From: Andalucia godoyi And28
Lineage: Eukaryota > Protista > Jakobida
Length of the DNA: 64,000 bases
Direction of reading: 5' to 3'
Assembly (NCBI GenBank): GCA_009859145.1
Contig: VRVR01000026.1
Coordinates: 252,446-316,445, forward strand
The position numbers were made by a program, and so were the translations under genes. Below the pieces are notes generated by a model, which worked only from the letters and a program-made list of their open reading frames with translations, searched no databases and was not told the origin of the DNA. Numbering within the stretch: position 1 is the stretch's first letter; every line of letters begins with the position of its first letter. Shown here in pieces: positions 33,149 through 44,092 of this stretch.

Positions 33149-35110
33149 TCACTTTTTGCGATTGGCGACTTTGCGTTTTGCCGAGTCCAGAAGTTGTTTT
33201 CGAAGACGAATGGACGACGGGGTGACCTCGAGGCATTCGTCATCGCGCATGTACGTGATTGCGTCTTCCAAGGTTAAGATTCGGGGAGGAGTGAGCTTCA
33301 CCGTGTCGTCCCTCATGACGGTTCGAACATTACTCAAATGCTTTTCCTTGCTTGCGTTGCACTCGAGATCGTTATCACGAGTGTGCTCACCAATGACCAT
33401 TCCTTCGTACACTTCTTCCCCTGGAGAAACAAACAACTGGCCACGCGGCTCGAGAGCCAACAGCGCATACATCGTCGCAATGCCAGACTCAGACGAGATC
33501 AGAGCTCCCTTTTCGAGCTTGTCAATCGAACCTCGATAAGGCCCGTACTCCAAGAACAGCCGCTGCATCACCCCGGATCCGTGAGTGTCGTTCACAAATT
33601 CACGGCGGTATCCCATAAGACCGCGAGTCGGAACCTGGAACACGAGCCGAGACCGGCCTTGGTGAGTTGTGTAGTCCTTTAACTCCCCTTTCCGCAACGT
33701 CAACTTCTCAATCACCGTTCCGGCATAGTCGGCTTCTACATCAATAACTGCTTCTTCGATCGGTTCGGAGCCATCGTCCTTGAACAGGCACTTTGGCGGA
33801 TAGATCGACATTTCGAAACCTTCACGACGCATTGTTTCAATCAGGATTCCCAGCTGCAGCTCTCCACGTCCCCGAACCTCAAACGCTTCTCCGTTCGGAC
33901 TGATGGTGAGGTTGAGCGCAATGTTCGATTCCACTTCCTTTTCAAGTCGTTCGCGGATCATTGTGGAGGTCACCTTCTTACTCTTAGCGTCCTTTCCGGA
34001 CAGCGGACTGTCGTTCACTGCAAACATCATGCTGATTGTCGGAGGGTCAATCGGAATCGACGGAATGGGATCGACAATCGACAGGTCTGCAAGGGTAGAG
34101 TTCACTGTGGACTTTGGCAGGCCTGCAATTGACACAATGTCACCGGCAACTGCTTCGTCCACGGCAATCTGTGTCATCCCTTGCCTCCGCTTCAGAATCT
34201 TCATGATTCTATTGTCCTCGACAATATCCCCGTTTGGAGCAATCGAGTGGATACGCTGTCCAACTTTGACGGTGCCGCTTTGTACTCTTCCCAACAAACA
34301 CTTTCCAAAATACGAGTTGGATTCCAGCTGCGACACCAGCATCTGGAAGGCTGCAGTGGGGTCCACGTTCGGAGACGGGAATCGCTTCACTGCCGCAGCA
34401 AAGAATGCGGTGACATCTTGCACAGACTCGTCCTTCCAGTCTGTTCTGCACCATCCTTGTCGCGCAGAGGCATAGAGCACAGGGTAGTCCAGCTGTTCGT
34501 CATTTGCGTCGAGCTGGCAAAACAAGTCGAAGATCTCATTCTCAACAGGACCGCCAACACGAGTCGCCGCGGTTGGCCGATCAACCTTGTTGATCACCAC
34601 CATGGGCAGTTTGCCAGCCTGCAGAGCCTTCTTGAGCACAAATTTTGTCTGTGCCATCGGTCCTTCGGTAGCATCCACAACCAGCGCCACTCCATCTACC
34701 ATGCTCAGCGACCGCTCGACTTCGCCTCCAAAGTCTGCGTGCCCTGGAGTATCGCAAATGTTGAATGTGTACCCATTGAATGTAAGTTCCGTGGCCTTTG
34801 CAAGAATCGTGATTCCACGTTCTTTTTCCAGCTGATTCGAGTCCATTACTCGCTCCGACTCTGTTGAACCACTTCTTTGCGACAAGGACTCCTTCAGCAA
34901 ACAGTCCACAAGGCTCGTTTTCCCATGGTCGACGTGGGCAATAATGCTCAAATTTCGAATCTTTGAGATATCACGCACAACACTCGACGAGAAACACCGA
35001 CGAGACGCGGATCCAACAGCCGCCATTATTGTCATTGTCGTTGTCATCATCCTGCGATCTACTCCTCCCAAACGTCGGATCGCCAACGACCGACACTGCG
35101 AAAACAGCAT
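33149..35110 (-). CDS. typA: TypA/BipA translational GTPase, probably mitochondrion-targeted
   Basis: IRNLSIIAHVDHGKTSLVD, MDSNQLEKERGITILAK, DTPGHADFGGEVER, NKVD, RGRGELQLGILIETMRREG, PTRGLMGYR, EVTPSSIRLRK. The Arg/Ser-rich acid-poor N-terminal ~45 aa resembles a mitochondrial presequence. Confidence 0.95.
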   Translation of the reverse strand: MLFSQCRSLAIRRLGGVDRRMMTTTMTIMAAVGSASRRCFSSSVVRDISKIRNLSIIAHVDHGKTSLVDCLLKESLSQRSGSTESERVMDSNQLEKERGITILAKATELTFNGYTFNICDTPGHADFGGEVERSLSMVDGVALVVDATEGPMAQTKFVLKKALQAGKLPMVVINKVDRPTAATRVGGPVENEIFDLFCQLDANDEQLDYPVLYASARQGWCRTDWKDESVQDVTAFFAAAVKRFPSPNVDPTAAFQMLVSQLESNSYFGKCLLGRVQSGTVKVGQRIHSIAPNGDIVEDNRIMKILKRRQGMTQIAVDEAVAGDIVSIAGLPKSTVNSTLADLSIVDPIPSIPIDPPTISMMFAVNDSPLSGKDAKSKKVTSTMIRERLEKEVESNIALNLTISPNGEAFEVRGRGELQLGILIETMRREGFEMSIYPPKCLFKDDGSEPIEEAVIDVEADYAGTVIEKLTLRKGELKDYTTHQGRSRLVFQVPTRGLMGYRREFVNDTHGSGVMQRLFLEYGPYRGSIDKLEKGALISSESGIATMYALLALEPRGQLFVSPGEEVYEGMVIGEHTRDNDLECNASKEKHLSNVRTVMRDDTVKLTPPRILTLEDAITYMRDDECLEVTPSSIRLRKQLLDSAKRKVANRKK

Positions 35111-35600
35111 TCTTCACAAACACAAACAAACAAACAAACACTCTAACCAACACTGTTCAGAAATACCTTTTCTTTTTCCTCGCCCTGGCCTTAACCCTTT
35201 TCGTTTTTAATTTCCTGTTTTTTTAAATAAAAAATTAAAAAACTAATGAAAAGCCTTTTTGTTTTTGTATGCTTTTCCCTTTCCCTTTTCTCTTTTCTCA
35301 TTGGATCTCAAAACGGGAAAAAGCGCACAGAGGAAAACCAAAGCGACAAAATAGAGGTTGCATAAAATGTTTCGCGCAATCAGAAATGCATCGACAAATG
35401 TCGACAGTCTTTCCTTTCCAAGGATTTTTTTTTTGGAAATTCCCGACAGAAAATGCCGACAATGCTTTCGAGGCTTTTAGTTTCTTCTTTGCTTTAGTAA
35501 TTTTTTCTTTTGCTTTTGAAAGCTCAAAGGTTTGCATGTTGTTTGAGTGAATTCGGTTTTTTGTTTTTTGTTTTGGTTTGTTGCTGTTGATCCATACGTG

Positions 35601-36584
35601 ATGAGTGCGGTTCTAAAGCAAAAGAAGCTGGGTGAGGAGTGCAACGGTGCGGAGGATCCTGGAGCGGCAAAGAAAGAGCCGAACTCGCTGTACCTTCGGA
35701 CGAAGCGCAGACTGCTCAAGTTCCACGAGGCACCGCATTATTTGCGTGACAATGAGTTTCTCGTGCGAGGCTATCGTCCATTGTTGTCTTTCAAGGAATG
35801 CGTCGAGTCCATTTACGCGTACCGGTCCAATGAGTTCTTTAACATATGGTCGCATCTGATTGGGACGTTTCTCTTCTCTGGAGTTCTCGTGTACATGCAG
35901 CTGTTTTTTGATTGGCCCCACGATGCCCCGGAGCACCGCATTATATTTTCCGTGTTCTTGGCTTCGGCTGCCGTCTGTTGCTTCCTTTCGACGATTTATC
36001 ATACATTTGGGTGCATGTCGGAGCGTATTTATCGCACCTTGTTGAAATGCGACTACATTGGCATCTCCACTCTCATCTCTGGGTCCATCAGCATACTTGT
36101 CTATTATCTGTTCTCGTGCAATCTGTACTGGAGAAACATGTATCTTTCAGGGATTGGCTTGCTGATGTTTGCTGGAATCGGATTCTCCAGCTGGGATACG
36201 TTCTACTCTGTTCATTTCCGCGTCGGTCGAGCCGCATTGTTTGTGCTCATGGGCGCATCGGGCATGGTCCCAGCGTGCCATTTCATGTTTGTCGTCGGCG
36301 CAGACGACATGCACAATTTTGGAATTGCGCTTCCGTTTGTCATCATGATGGCAACGTACTTGGCTGGCGCAATTGTGTTCGCCTCGCGTGTTCCAGAGCG
36401 GTGGAAACCTGGTCGGTTTGACATGTGCATGCACTCTCATACATACATGCACATCTCTGTTATCGTTGCTGCTTCCTTTCATCTTCTCGGTTCTGCAAGG
36501 CTCTACAACTATCTCCACAATCTCGACGACTTTTCGTGCTCCAAAAACTTTTGGCTCGAGCCCGACATGCTTGTCAAACTCTGA
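35601..36584 (+). CDS. PAQR/AdipoR (haemolysin III family) 7-TM protein
   Basis: PHYLRDNEFLVRGYR, NEFFNIWSHLIG, STIYHTF, KCDYIGI, PERWKPGRFD, HSHTYMH. ATG at 35601. Confidence 0.93.
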   Translation: MSAVLKQKKLGEECNGAEDPGAAKKEPNSLYLRTKRRLLKFHEAPHYLRDNEFLVRGYRPLLSFKECVESIYAYRSNEFFNIWSHLIGTFLFSGVLVYMQLFFDWPHDAPEHRIIFSVFLASAAVCCFLSTIYHTFGCMSERIYRTLLKCDYIGISTLISGSISILVYYLFSCNLYWRNMYLSGIGLLMFAGIGFSSWDTFYSVHFRVGRAALFVLMGASGMVPACHFMFVVGADDMHNFGIALPFVIMMATYLAGAIVFASRVPERWKPGRFDMCMHSHTYMHISVIVAASFHLLGSARLYNYLHNLDDFSCSKNFWLEPDMLVKL

Positions 36585-36655
36585 AAAATAAGGACAATCA
36601 TCCTTGCATCCTTGCATCATCGCATCCTTGCATCATCGCATTCTCGTACTCTATT

Positions 36656-37726
36656 TCATAATGTCCATCGGCGGCGATCTTCGTCGATATCCACCGGCGT
36701 GTACCAATCCGGCAGCATGAGGCTGGGGTTGAGCCGATAGTTCAAGAGCAGTTCGTCCTCTCCATGAATAAAGTCAGTCGACAGCAGCGCAACCGTTTTG
36801 ATGAGCACGTCCTGGTCTCCAAACAAGTACGGCTTCTTGTACCAGATGCAGGGAACATATGCAGCATACGTGCTTGCAAAAGAAGCAGGAATGTCCACCG
36901 GTACAATCATGACATTCGGCTTCCTACCAGCCGGAGGATGATTGACTCGGTGTGCTTGTGCAAACGGATGGTTTGGGTGCGCACCACACTCTCTCCCGCT
37001 CCGATCGTCCACAGAATCGGGCTCCTCCCCGTGTTCTTCATTCTCCCTGATCCACTCGAGTGCCCGCTTCGACGCACTGGAAAACACGCTGCTTTCCGCA
37101 GCGTCCACCACAGTTCCATCGTACCGCCCCACCAGATACAAGTTTGGCTCTCCATTTGCAAGCCTGAACGGCACACTTTTCGCATCCTGTGCACTGTACA
37201 CCATACCAGGATAGATCTGCATCACGGTTCCCGGTGGAATGGTCACCGCATCGCCGTCGGTCTTTGCAAACACACCAAGCCCGGCCTTCGGATGGATGTC
37301 TGACTGGGCAACCGCACAGCAAAACCCAAGTTGGGCATGCAGCAACGCATCGTCCATCGGCATAAGCTGGACACTATGCTGTGGATCCGACGCGTCGACT
37401 GCGTCTGCATCCAGCGGATTGCTCGCACTCCACTGCGTTCTGAATCGAACGGAAGCTCCGCCACCTCCTGCCGCTCGGAAAGCCTGATGACTGGCCCAAG
37501 TCGCTTTCAGCACCGCCTCAATCTGCCGGTTCACATGTGACTTTACATACGCACGTACTGCAGCTATCGGCGGCACCGACGTGTCCACCGTACCGTTCTC
37601 CCGCGAATACAGCGCAAGATACGCACGGATCAAATCAGCATGCTCCTGCATTCCTTGCTTTTCAAACTTGTTTTTGATCGCCCTCGCTGTCCATCGATCC
37701 AACAGCCCTCGAATCACCGAAAGCAT
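36656..37726 (-). CDS. SET-domain protein, SETD9-like
   Basis: SDIHPKAGLGVF, IYPGMVY, YLVGRYDGTVVD, HPFAQAHRVNHPP...PNV, ELLLNY, PDWY. Confidence 0.75.
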   Translation of the reverse strand: MLSVIRGLLDRWTARAIKNKFEKQGMQEHADLIRAYLALYSRENGTVDTSVPPIAAVRAYVKSHVNRQIEAVLKATWASHQAFRAAGGGGASVRFRTQWSASNPLDADAVDASDPQHSVQLMPMDDALLHAQLGFCCAVAQSDIHPKAGLGVFAKTDGDAVTIPPGTVMQIYPGMVYSAQDAKSVPFRLANGEPNLYLVGRYDGTVVDAAESSVFSSASKRALEWIRENEEHGEEPDSVDDRSGRECGAHPNHPFAQAHRVNHPPAGRKPNVMIVPVDIPASFASTYAAYVPCIWYKKPYLFGDQDVLIKTVALLSTDFIHGEDELLLNYRLNPSLMLPDWYTPVDIDEDRRRWTL

Positions 37727-37989
37727 TTCCTCACCTCACTTCACCTCTCTCTTCACCCGGAAGCATTCGCTCTGAAACACACACAGACATGAGCACTTAT
37801 CTGTATGCTTACCAGTACGACACAAAGTCATTCGATCAGCCTTACCGTAGTCCATGCCCGTTTTTTGAAACAATAAAAGGTCCAACTACAGTCCGCTGCG
37901 GAGAGTTTCCCAGATAATCTCTGCCAGCTTCCGAAAGGAGAAACGGGTGTTCTGGAATCCTCGTTTTCAGCAGCAGCAGCACACACATA

Positions 37990-38017
37990 GAAGGAAGGAA
38001 GGAAGGAAGGAAGGAAG

Positions 38018-38055
<38 letters not shown>

Positions 38056-38056
38056 G
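37990..38056. repeat. Composite (GGAA)n(GAAA)n(GA)n microsatellite between divergent genes
   Basis: Read directly from the sequence. Confidence 0.9.
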
Positions 38057-38121
38057 GCTTACAGACCCATACGAGCATACAGAGGTGGAGATCATAGGAA
38101 CACAGACACAGAGCTCAAAGG

Positions 38122-39853
38122 ATGTCGTCCGTGCTGGATTCCAAGATTGTGAAGCGATATGAAGGGCATGAAAACGCCAAGCGAGAAGATCTTGTATGTA
38201 TTATCCCTTCTTGTATTCTTGTATTGAACATGCTGTTTCGTTTTTCCCTTCATGTTTTTAATTTTGGTTATTCATGTTCATTTCTGGTTGCACTGTGCAA
38301 TGGGAGGAGTACTGATGGGAGGGTAGAACACATCGTTTGGGGACAGCAAAGAAGGGACGCTATACAAGCTAGGGACGTCGATAAAGACGTGGTCGAAGCG
38401 GTATTTTACGCTACAGGGCAAAGTGTTGACGTCGTCGAAGAACGCGAATGCCAGTGCTCCGGACCACACGATGGATGTGACAACGCTTGCGGTTTCGGTG
38501 CTTCCGGAGACACGCGGCAAGCAGTTTGCGTTTTCGATAACACTGGAAGGTGCGGATAAGCCGGTGCTGCTGGCAGCGTCGACGAAAGCGGAGCGCGATG
38601 AGTGGATCGATGTGATTGAGCGAGTCCAGCGTCGACACTCGAATATCCTGCTTGCGAGAGCGCGACGGGATTCGCGTGCAAATTCGTCGCTTCGTGAGCA
38701 TCCGCTGAAGAGGTATTCTGCAGTGGACGCAGAGGCAGACGCAATGGTTGCGTCTCTTGAAAGAGGGGTTCCGCAGTCGCCTTTCGAGTACGTTGCGTAT
38801 TCACATGCAGAAGACTTTTCGTCGCTTCGTGCGGATGTCTGGTCTGCGCGATTGGTGGACTCGATCCGAAGGTTCGCGCTGTGCGTATTTGAGCGGCAGT
38901 GGATTATGTACAGAAAGATGCTGCGGTCGAAATGCTCGTTTTACTGGAAGGATGCGCAAATGAAGGTGGCGACGCCCAGCTCGTACACCTCGGAGGAAAA
39001 TCCAATGTGCGGTGCAGACGAACTGGATGCCGATGAACGTGAAATCTATTGCATACAGATCGTAGGAACGTATTCAGGAGTGACAGACACGTTTTGCTGG
39101 AGCTGGGGCAACGAAGTGTTGATGGGTGCGTACCTGTCCGACACCACTGGACTGCTGTCTCCAGATGCCAAGGCAGATGTGATGCGCAGGAAGAGATCGT
39201 TCACGTCCGACCCACTGGTGGTCGCCAAGTACATGGCAGAAGTTCTGTCTGCTTACGAAAGCACTCCGCCAGAGTTCTTCTTTCCCATGTGCAAGGCGTT
39301 TACGAATACCCACGTGTTTGGGCTTGTGCTCGGCTCGTTTCTTATGCACCATGCGTCAGTTTCCACAGATTTGGTGGTCCGCGAGGAGTTCTCCGTGTCG
39401 GATCTGTGCGGTGTGCTTCGAATTCCTTATTCAGACACAGAAATGGCTGCAGTTCCTCTGCCTGCGTTGCCTGCAGATTTCAGCGCCGCGCCGGCCTCCG
39501 CAATGGCACCGTCGTCGACTGCCACTGCCCCGCTCAACGAACTGCTGATTTTGGTATACCCTTCGTCTCCAGAGAATGCATATCTCTATTCAATGGATTA
39601 CAAGAACGTCGACAATCTCATGTTGCAGCAAGTCATTATCGCATTTTTTGTCGAGTTTGGATCAGACCCAGTGTTTTTGCGACATATCGATGCGGTCTCG
39701 ATGGTGAAGTGCTATCTTGAAGGGCATGGACTGGACTGCAGTGTGCAACCGTCGGTAATTGAAGCGTCCAAGCATGGCTGCAAGCAAATGCGAGTGCTGT
39801 TCACGGACTCAGGCAAGTTCAAGAGCATCGAAGTATCGACGATGGAAGATTGA
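38122..39853 (+). CDS. PH-domain protein with an uncharacterised C-terminal domain; exons 38122-38193 and 38327-39853, 532 aa
   Basis: Extending the 38423 ORF upstream gives KEGTLYKLGTSIKTWSKRYFTLQG...FAFSIT...LLAASTKAERDEWIDVI, a classical PH domain. A phase-0 intron joins it to the ATG at 38122. Confidence 0.82.
38194..38326 (+). other. Predicted GT-AG intron (133 nt) in the PH-domain gene
   Basis: GTATGT donor, TACTGAT branch-like motif, GGTAG acceptor; frame restored. Confidence 0.78.
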
Positions 39854-40112
39854 CGATTCCTGGGGAGGTTGGGCGAGTGGGGTTTGAAGCTGTACACAAC
39901 ACATTGATTATTCTACATTAAAAACATTAAAAGCAAAAAACAAGAGCCGGTTCGTCAGATTCGCAAACCACAGCAAAAATGTACAATGTCCACAAAAAAG
40001 AAATCATGAAGCCACCAAAACAACAACAAAAAATAATTATTAAAAAACAATATAATAAAAACCGATTCCTGACGACGTTTTGGAGATGTGATGTGATGAC
40101 TGGTGTTTTTCC

Positions 40113-42269
40113 CTAGTGTCCGAACAGCTGCCGTTCCATGTCTCGTAGTCTCTTCACTTGCAATGCCCAAGGGGCCTTTTCACTCAGCAAGAGTACCTTG
40201 GCCTGCTGCTTCTCTTCCGCAGACAACAGTGTCTCATCGTCATCATAGTACCTGTACATCAGAACGAACAGGTCTTCGCCCAGTCTTGCATCGCATGACG
40301 CGCGAATGTTCTCCAGTTGGTTGACGGACAAACGATGATCGCGTTGGTTGGGAACAAAAATCTCAACGGGAACATCTTTGGAGACGTCTGACGATAAGTG
40401 AGAATCCAATGATTCCGCAACCATTGATTTCCGTTCTAGCACAATCTCCACAGCTGGAAAAGACCCCGAAGCACGCTTGTTGCCACCGCGGTCCCGCTGG
40501 ATGCTCTTTCGAGTCTCGGAATCCGTAAACGAGGAAGAGCGCTCCAAGGCACTTTCTGCCTCCATCGAGCCGCGGGCACTCCTGGAAGCTCCACTCTGCT
40601 GGTTCTGTGGAGTATGCTGCCTCGGCACCGATGCGATGCGACGAGGAGCTGGCAAGCCATTTGAATCAGCCTTCACGAGGTGGCCATGAGGGCCATGCTC
40701 AGCTGCTGCCTCTTCTGCGTTCTTTCGCTCAAATGCAGTACTGAGACTGCGAAATTCCGTTTGCTTGGATTTGAGCCAGCCCGAGTCCAGACGCGGTCGA
40801 TCCTTTCTGTCTCGCTTCAGCTCCGCGGCAGTCGGCGGCTTTTTGGCACCCGGCTGCTGTGACAGAATGACGTTGTTTCCAGAAATCGCGGATCGATTGG
40901 CATCGACGCCCGCCTTATCAAAGAGATAACCGGCCTTGATTGATTTTGCGATATCGAACCCGAGTTTTCCGATCCACTTTTGCACAAACTCTGCACCAAG
41001 CAGCTCTGAAGTGGAGGGTCGCTTCCGCGGATCGCGTTCCAAGCACTGCAAGCAGAGCAGCCGCAATCCATCGGAAAATCGCCCCTTCGGAATGGGCTGC
41101 ACCCTGCCATTCACGACCTTCATCATGAGGGAAGGGAGCGACGCAGCATCAAACGCCCGCTTCAGCATACACGTCTCATACAACACGCAGCCAAGAGACC
41201 AGATATCGGACTTCGCTGTGTACCCTTGTTCGGCGACCTGACCGGCCCGTCGAATTCGCGAGCTAACAATCTCCAACGGCATCCAACTCGCGTCACTATC
41301 GTGGTTTTCGTTTTCCCGGAGGTCCACAGGGCTATATCGCAGTATCGCATCCGCCACCGATTCTTCCGCTGCTTCTGCACTTGCATTTGCATTGGAGTTT
41401 GCATTTGGGTTTGTGATACGTGAAGAACGCGTCGCAGCTGAGATCTCGTCACTCCACCGACGGGGAGTGGTGTTTGCCAGAGCATCGTGGTGGCCCTGAC
41501 TGAGCTGCTTGTCCATTCCGTATTCGCAGCACTCCGGGGCCATATAATGCGGAGTCCCACACACTGTTGTTGCCATAGCCTCCTTTTCTTTGAGCTGTCG
41601 GGCGATACCAAAATCTCCGAGCTTCACGCATCGCGCTTCCATGCTTAGAAACACGTTCGCGGTCTTGATGTCTCTGTGAAAAACAGAGTTCTTGTGCAGG
41701 TAGTCCAGTGCAAACAGCAGCTGCAAAAACCACGACATGACTTGTTCTTCGGTGAACACGATAACCTTTGCCGACGCAGCTTGGATCGCAAGCGAGAGGT
41801 CTCCGCTGTCAGCATACTCGGTCACAATGTACAGGTCCGGGACGCTCTTCTTCGACTTTTCCGTCTCGAGCTCCGCGGCAACCGACGATCGACAGCTTTC
41901 GTCCATCATCTGGTCATCAACGTCCAGCGAAGAAGCGTAGAAGCAGTCGAAAAATGCTATAACATTTGGATGCGACAGGCCTTGCAATAAGCGGCACTCG
42001 GCAATTGCTTGCTGCAGTTCAGCAGGAAGCAGCGCGCTGTCGTAATCTTCAAACGGATGACGCTCCAACAGATTTGGATACGACGATACGGACGCATGCA
42101 GTGCAGAAGAAGCCCGGCTTTCAATGAACGGGATATGCTTGATGCACACCTGCTTCAGATCCGTCGATCGAACGGCCAAGTACGCCGTCCCAAACGACCC
42201 TTGGCCAATCGCCCGTGTGATCCGATACGACAAGTTCGCCTCGTGCGGATGGATCAGCACTCGATCCAT
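40113..42269 (-). CDS. NIMA-related (NEK) Ser/Thr kinase with large loop insertions
   Basis: IGQGSFG, VCIK, HPNVIAFFDCF, YIVTEYADSGDL, HRDIKTANVFL, KLGDFGIARQL, TVCGTPHYMAPE, YTAKSDIWSLGCVLYE; C-terminal helical tail. Confidence 0.93.
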   Translation of the reverse strand: MDRVLIHPHEANLSYRITRAIGQGSFGTAYLAVRSTDLKQVCIKHIPFIESRASSALHASVSSYPNLLERHPFEDYDSALLPAELQQAIAECRLLQGLSHPNVIAFFDCFYASSLDVDDQMMDESCRSSVAAELETEKSKKSVPDLYIVTEYADSGDLSLAIQAASAKVIVFTEEQVMSWFLQLLFALDYLHKNSVFHRDIKTANVFLSMEARCVKLGDFGIARQLKEKEAMATTVCGTPHYMAPECCEYGMDKQLSQGHHDALANTTPRRWSDEISAATRSSRITNPNANSNANASAEAAEESVADAILRYSPVDLRENENHDSDASWMPLEIVSSRIRRAGQVAEQGYTAKSDIWSLGCVLYETCMLKRAFDAASLPSLMMKVVNGRVQPIPKGRFSDGLRLLCLQCLERDPRKRPSTSELLGAEFVQKWIGKLGFDIAKSIKAGYLFDKAGVDANRSAISGNNVILSQQPGAKKPPTAAELKRDRKDRPRLDSGWLKSKQTEFRSLSTAFERKNAEEAAAEHGPHGHLVKADSNGLPAPRRIASVPRQHTPQNQQSGASRSARGSMEAESALERSSSFTDSETRKSIQRDRGGNKRASGSFPAVEIVLERKSMVAESLDSHLSSDVSKDVPVEIFVPNQRDHRLSVNQLENIRASCDARLGEDLFVLMYRYYDDDETLLSAEEKQQAKVLLLSEKAPWALQVKRLRDMERQLFGH

Positions 42270-42679
42270 TCACGAATCAACAAGCTAGCTTACACCAACA
42301 ACCAACACCCAGCACTCACCAAGACCAAAGCAATAGCAACAATAGCAACAACAATAGCAATAGCAACAATAGTAATGATGATACAGAGCCGAAAATGCTG
42401 CGTTGCGATTACGGAAGCAAATCGGGTTGATGGTCCTGATGGATCACAGATGCCCCCCCATTTACCGTATATTAATTAATATATGAATTGAGAAATCGGA
42501 AAAAGGTCCGGCAGAAGATCCTGCACGCAGACATTGGACTACAGCCAGCAAAACGATCCCCTCCTACCGCGCAGAATGGCAGAATGAAGGATGCAAATGG
42601 CAGGAACTTTACTGCAGAAACAAAACATATTGAGAAGTGATATGGTATGTGGTTAGAGAGCGTGTGAGAGAAAAGGAGG

Positions 42680-44092
42680 ATGCTGCGGCTTCATTTTGAT
42701 ATAAACCAGACGATTCTCGTGCAGGATTTAGCGGGTGGGAAAAGCACGGAAGATTGCATTAATGGGATGATTGCGAATGAGCTGGATGGATACGTGGATG
42801 AGCACAACAAGTGGCATCCAGTGTTTTCAAACGAGAAGAAGGTGAAGGTAACGCTGCCGCTGATTACATATCACCGGTATCTCAAAGATTATGCGTATCC
42901 CATGAAGCACGGGGATCCGATCCACAACGCATCGATGAAGAATTTGCAGAGCTTTGAAATTCGTCGGTTTTTCGACTGCGGGCATCCCGGCCATGCGCTT
43001 GCTCACATGCGCCAGCCAATCGTCGAAAAGCTTCTGAAGCCAGAGTACAAGATAGCGCGCACGAACACAGACGTACGACGGCAGACTAGGAAATCGACAG
43101 CCGACAGGATCAAGGAACATCAGAAAGAGAAGGAGAAGGAGAAGGAGAAGGAGAAGGTAGTGTTTCCGGATGATGCATTCCAGATTCTGCTGTCCAGTTT
43201 TCTTCGTGTGTTTGATCAGCTTGATGGAGTTCCTTTTCGACTGGTGCTTCGGACGTTTGGTGACGACCTCGAGAGAATCTGCGATGCTGTGAACACGCAT
43301 CTTGAGGAGCGCATTGCTGCTGTTGCTTCGTCTTCGGACCGCAGTCCATCGGAAGCGGACCGGCTTGCTGTATACCGCTTCATGAACGCGGAGCAACATG
43401 GTTTCTTTTTGCGTTACGACAGTGATCGTGTGCTTTTATGCATGGGACACCGCCTTCGGCCTGCGAATCTTGGGTTCCACGATGCAGATGCAACCGCAGA
43501 TTCGATCAAGGCAGCTCTGGCGTCGCATCCAGATACCATCCATCTCTTTGACGGGTTTTCACAGGTGTTTCATGGTCTTCATATGTTGTGCGACAAATAC
43601 GGCTCTCTTGCGCTCCGAGACGACTATGACTTTTGGAGGCACTGTGCAGAGGGGCCTCGGGGCGGCAAGCTGTTGATTGTTGCAGAGGAAATGGCCACCG
43701 AGCTGCAGCAGCTGGCCGAGCTTGAAGAACGGACTCCCAAGCGCAAAAAGCAGTCTGCTGGCTCCAGGAACGCAAAGAGGCACGGCCGTCATGCCAATGG
43801 GAACGGTGCGCAAGATTGCGACGAACACCAGCAAAACGTGGACATTGACATCTTCTTTGATGACAACATTCAGGATGAGCCAGATGTGTGGAACGAGCGC
43901 AACATTGTAGACTGCCGAACCGAGACGGGCCGCAAAGTGCCGTATGAAGTGTCCACGAACCGTGTGCTTTTCCATGTCGACACCATGCAGGCCGTGCTGA
44001 ACGACGACTACTTTATTGCTTCGGTCCGTCAGACCCTCGATGCCCACAAATCCAGCAAATCCCTCCTCTCTCAGAGCACTAGTCCCCAATGA
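42680..44092 (+). CDS. Uncharacterised protein with HAD-hydrolase-like motifs
   Basis: 470-aa ORF with LHFDINQT at the N-terminus, VLRTFGDD, GGKLL and IFFDDNI. Confidence 0.75.
   Translation: MLRLHFDINQTILVQDLAGGKSTEDCINGMIANELDGYVDEHNKWHPVFSNEKKVKVTLPLITYHRYLKDYAYPMKHGDPIHNASMKNLQSFEIRRFFDCGHPGHALAHMRQPIVEKLLKPEYKIARTNTDVRRQTRKSTADRIKEHQKEKEKEKEKEKVVFPDDAFQILLSSFLRVFDQLDGVPFRLVLRTFGDDLERICDAVNTHLEERIAAVASSSDRSPSEADRLAVYRFMNAEQHGFFLRYDSDRVLLCMGHRLRPANLGFHDADATADSIKAALASHPDTIHLFDGFSQVFHGLHMLCDKYGSLALRDDYDFWRHCAEGPRGGKLLIVAEEMATELQQLAELEERTPKRKKQSAGSRNAKRHGRHANGNGAQDCDEHQQNVDIDIFFDDNIQDEPDVWNERNIVDCRTETGRKVPYEVSTNRVLFHVDTMQAVLNDDYFIASVRQTLDAHKSSKSLLSQSTSPQ

Noticed and set aside
36598-36642. 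CATCCTTGCATC(ATCG) tandem duplication between the PAQR and SETD9 stops
   Set aside because: A small slippage duplication in a 70-bp spacer with no further evidence of function.
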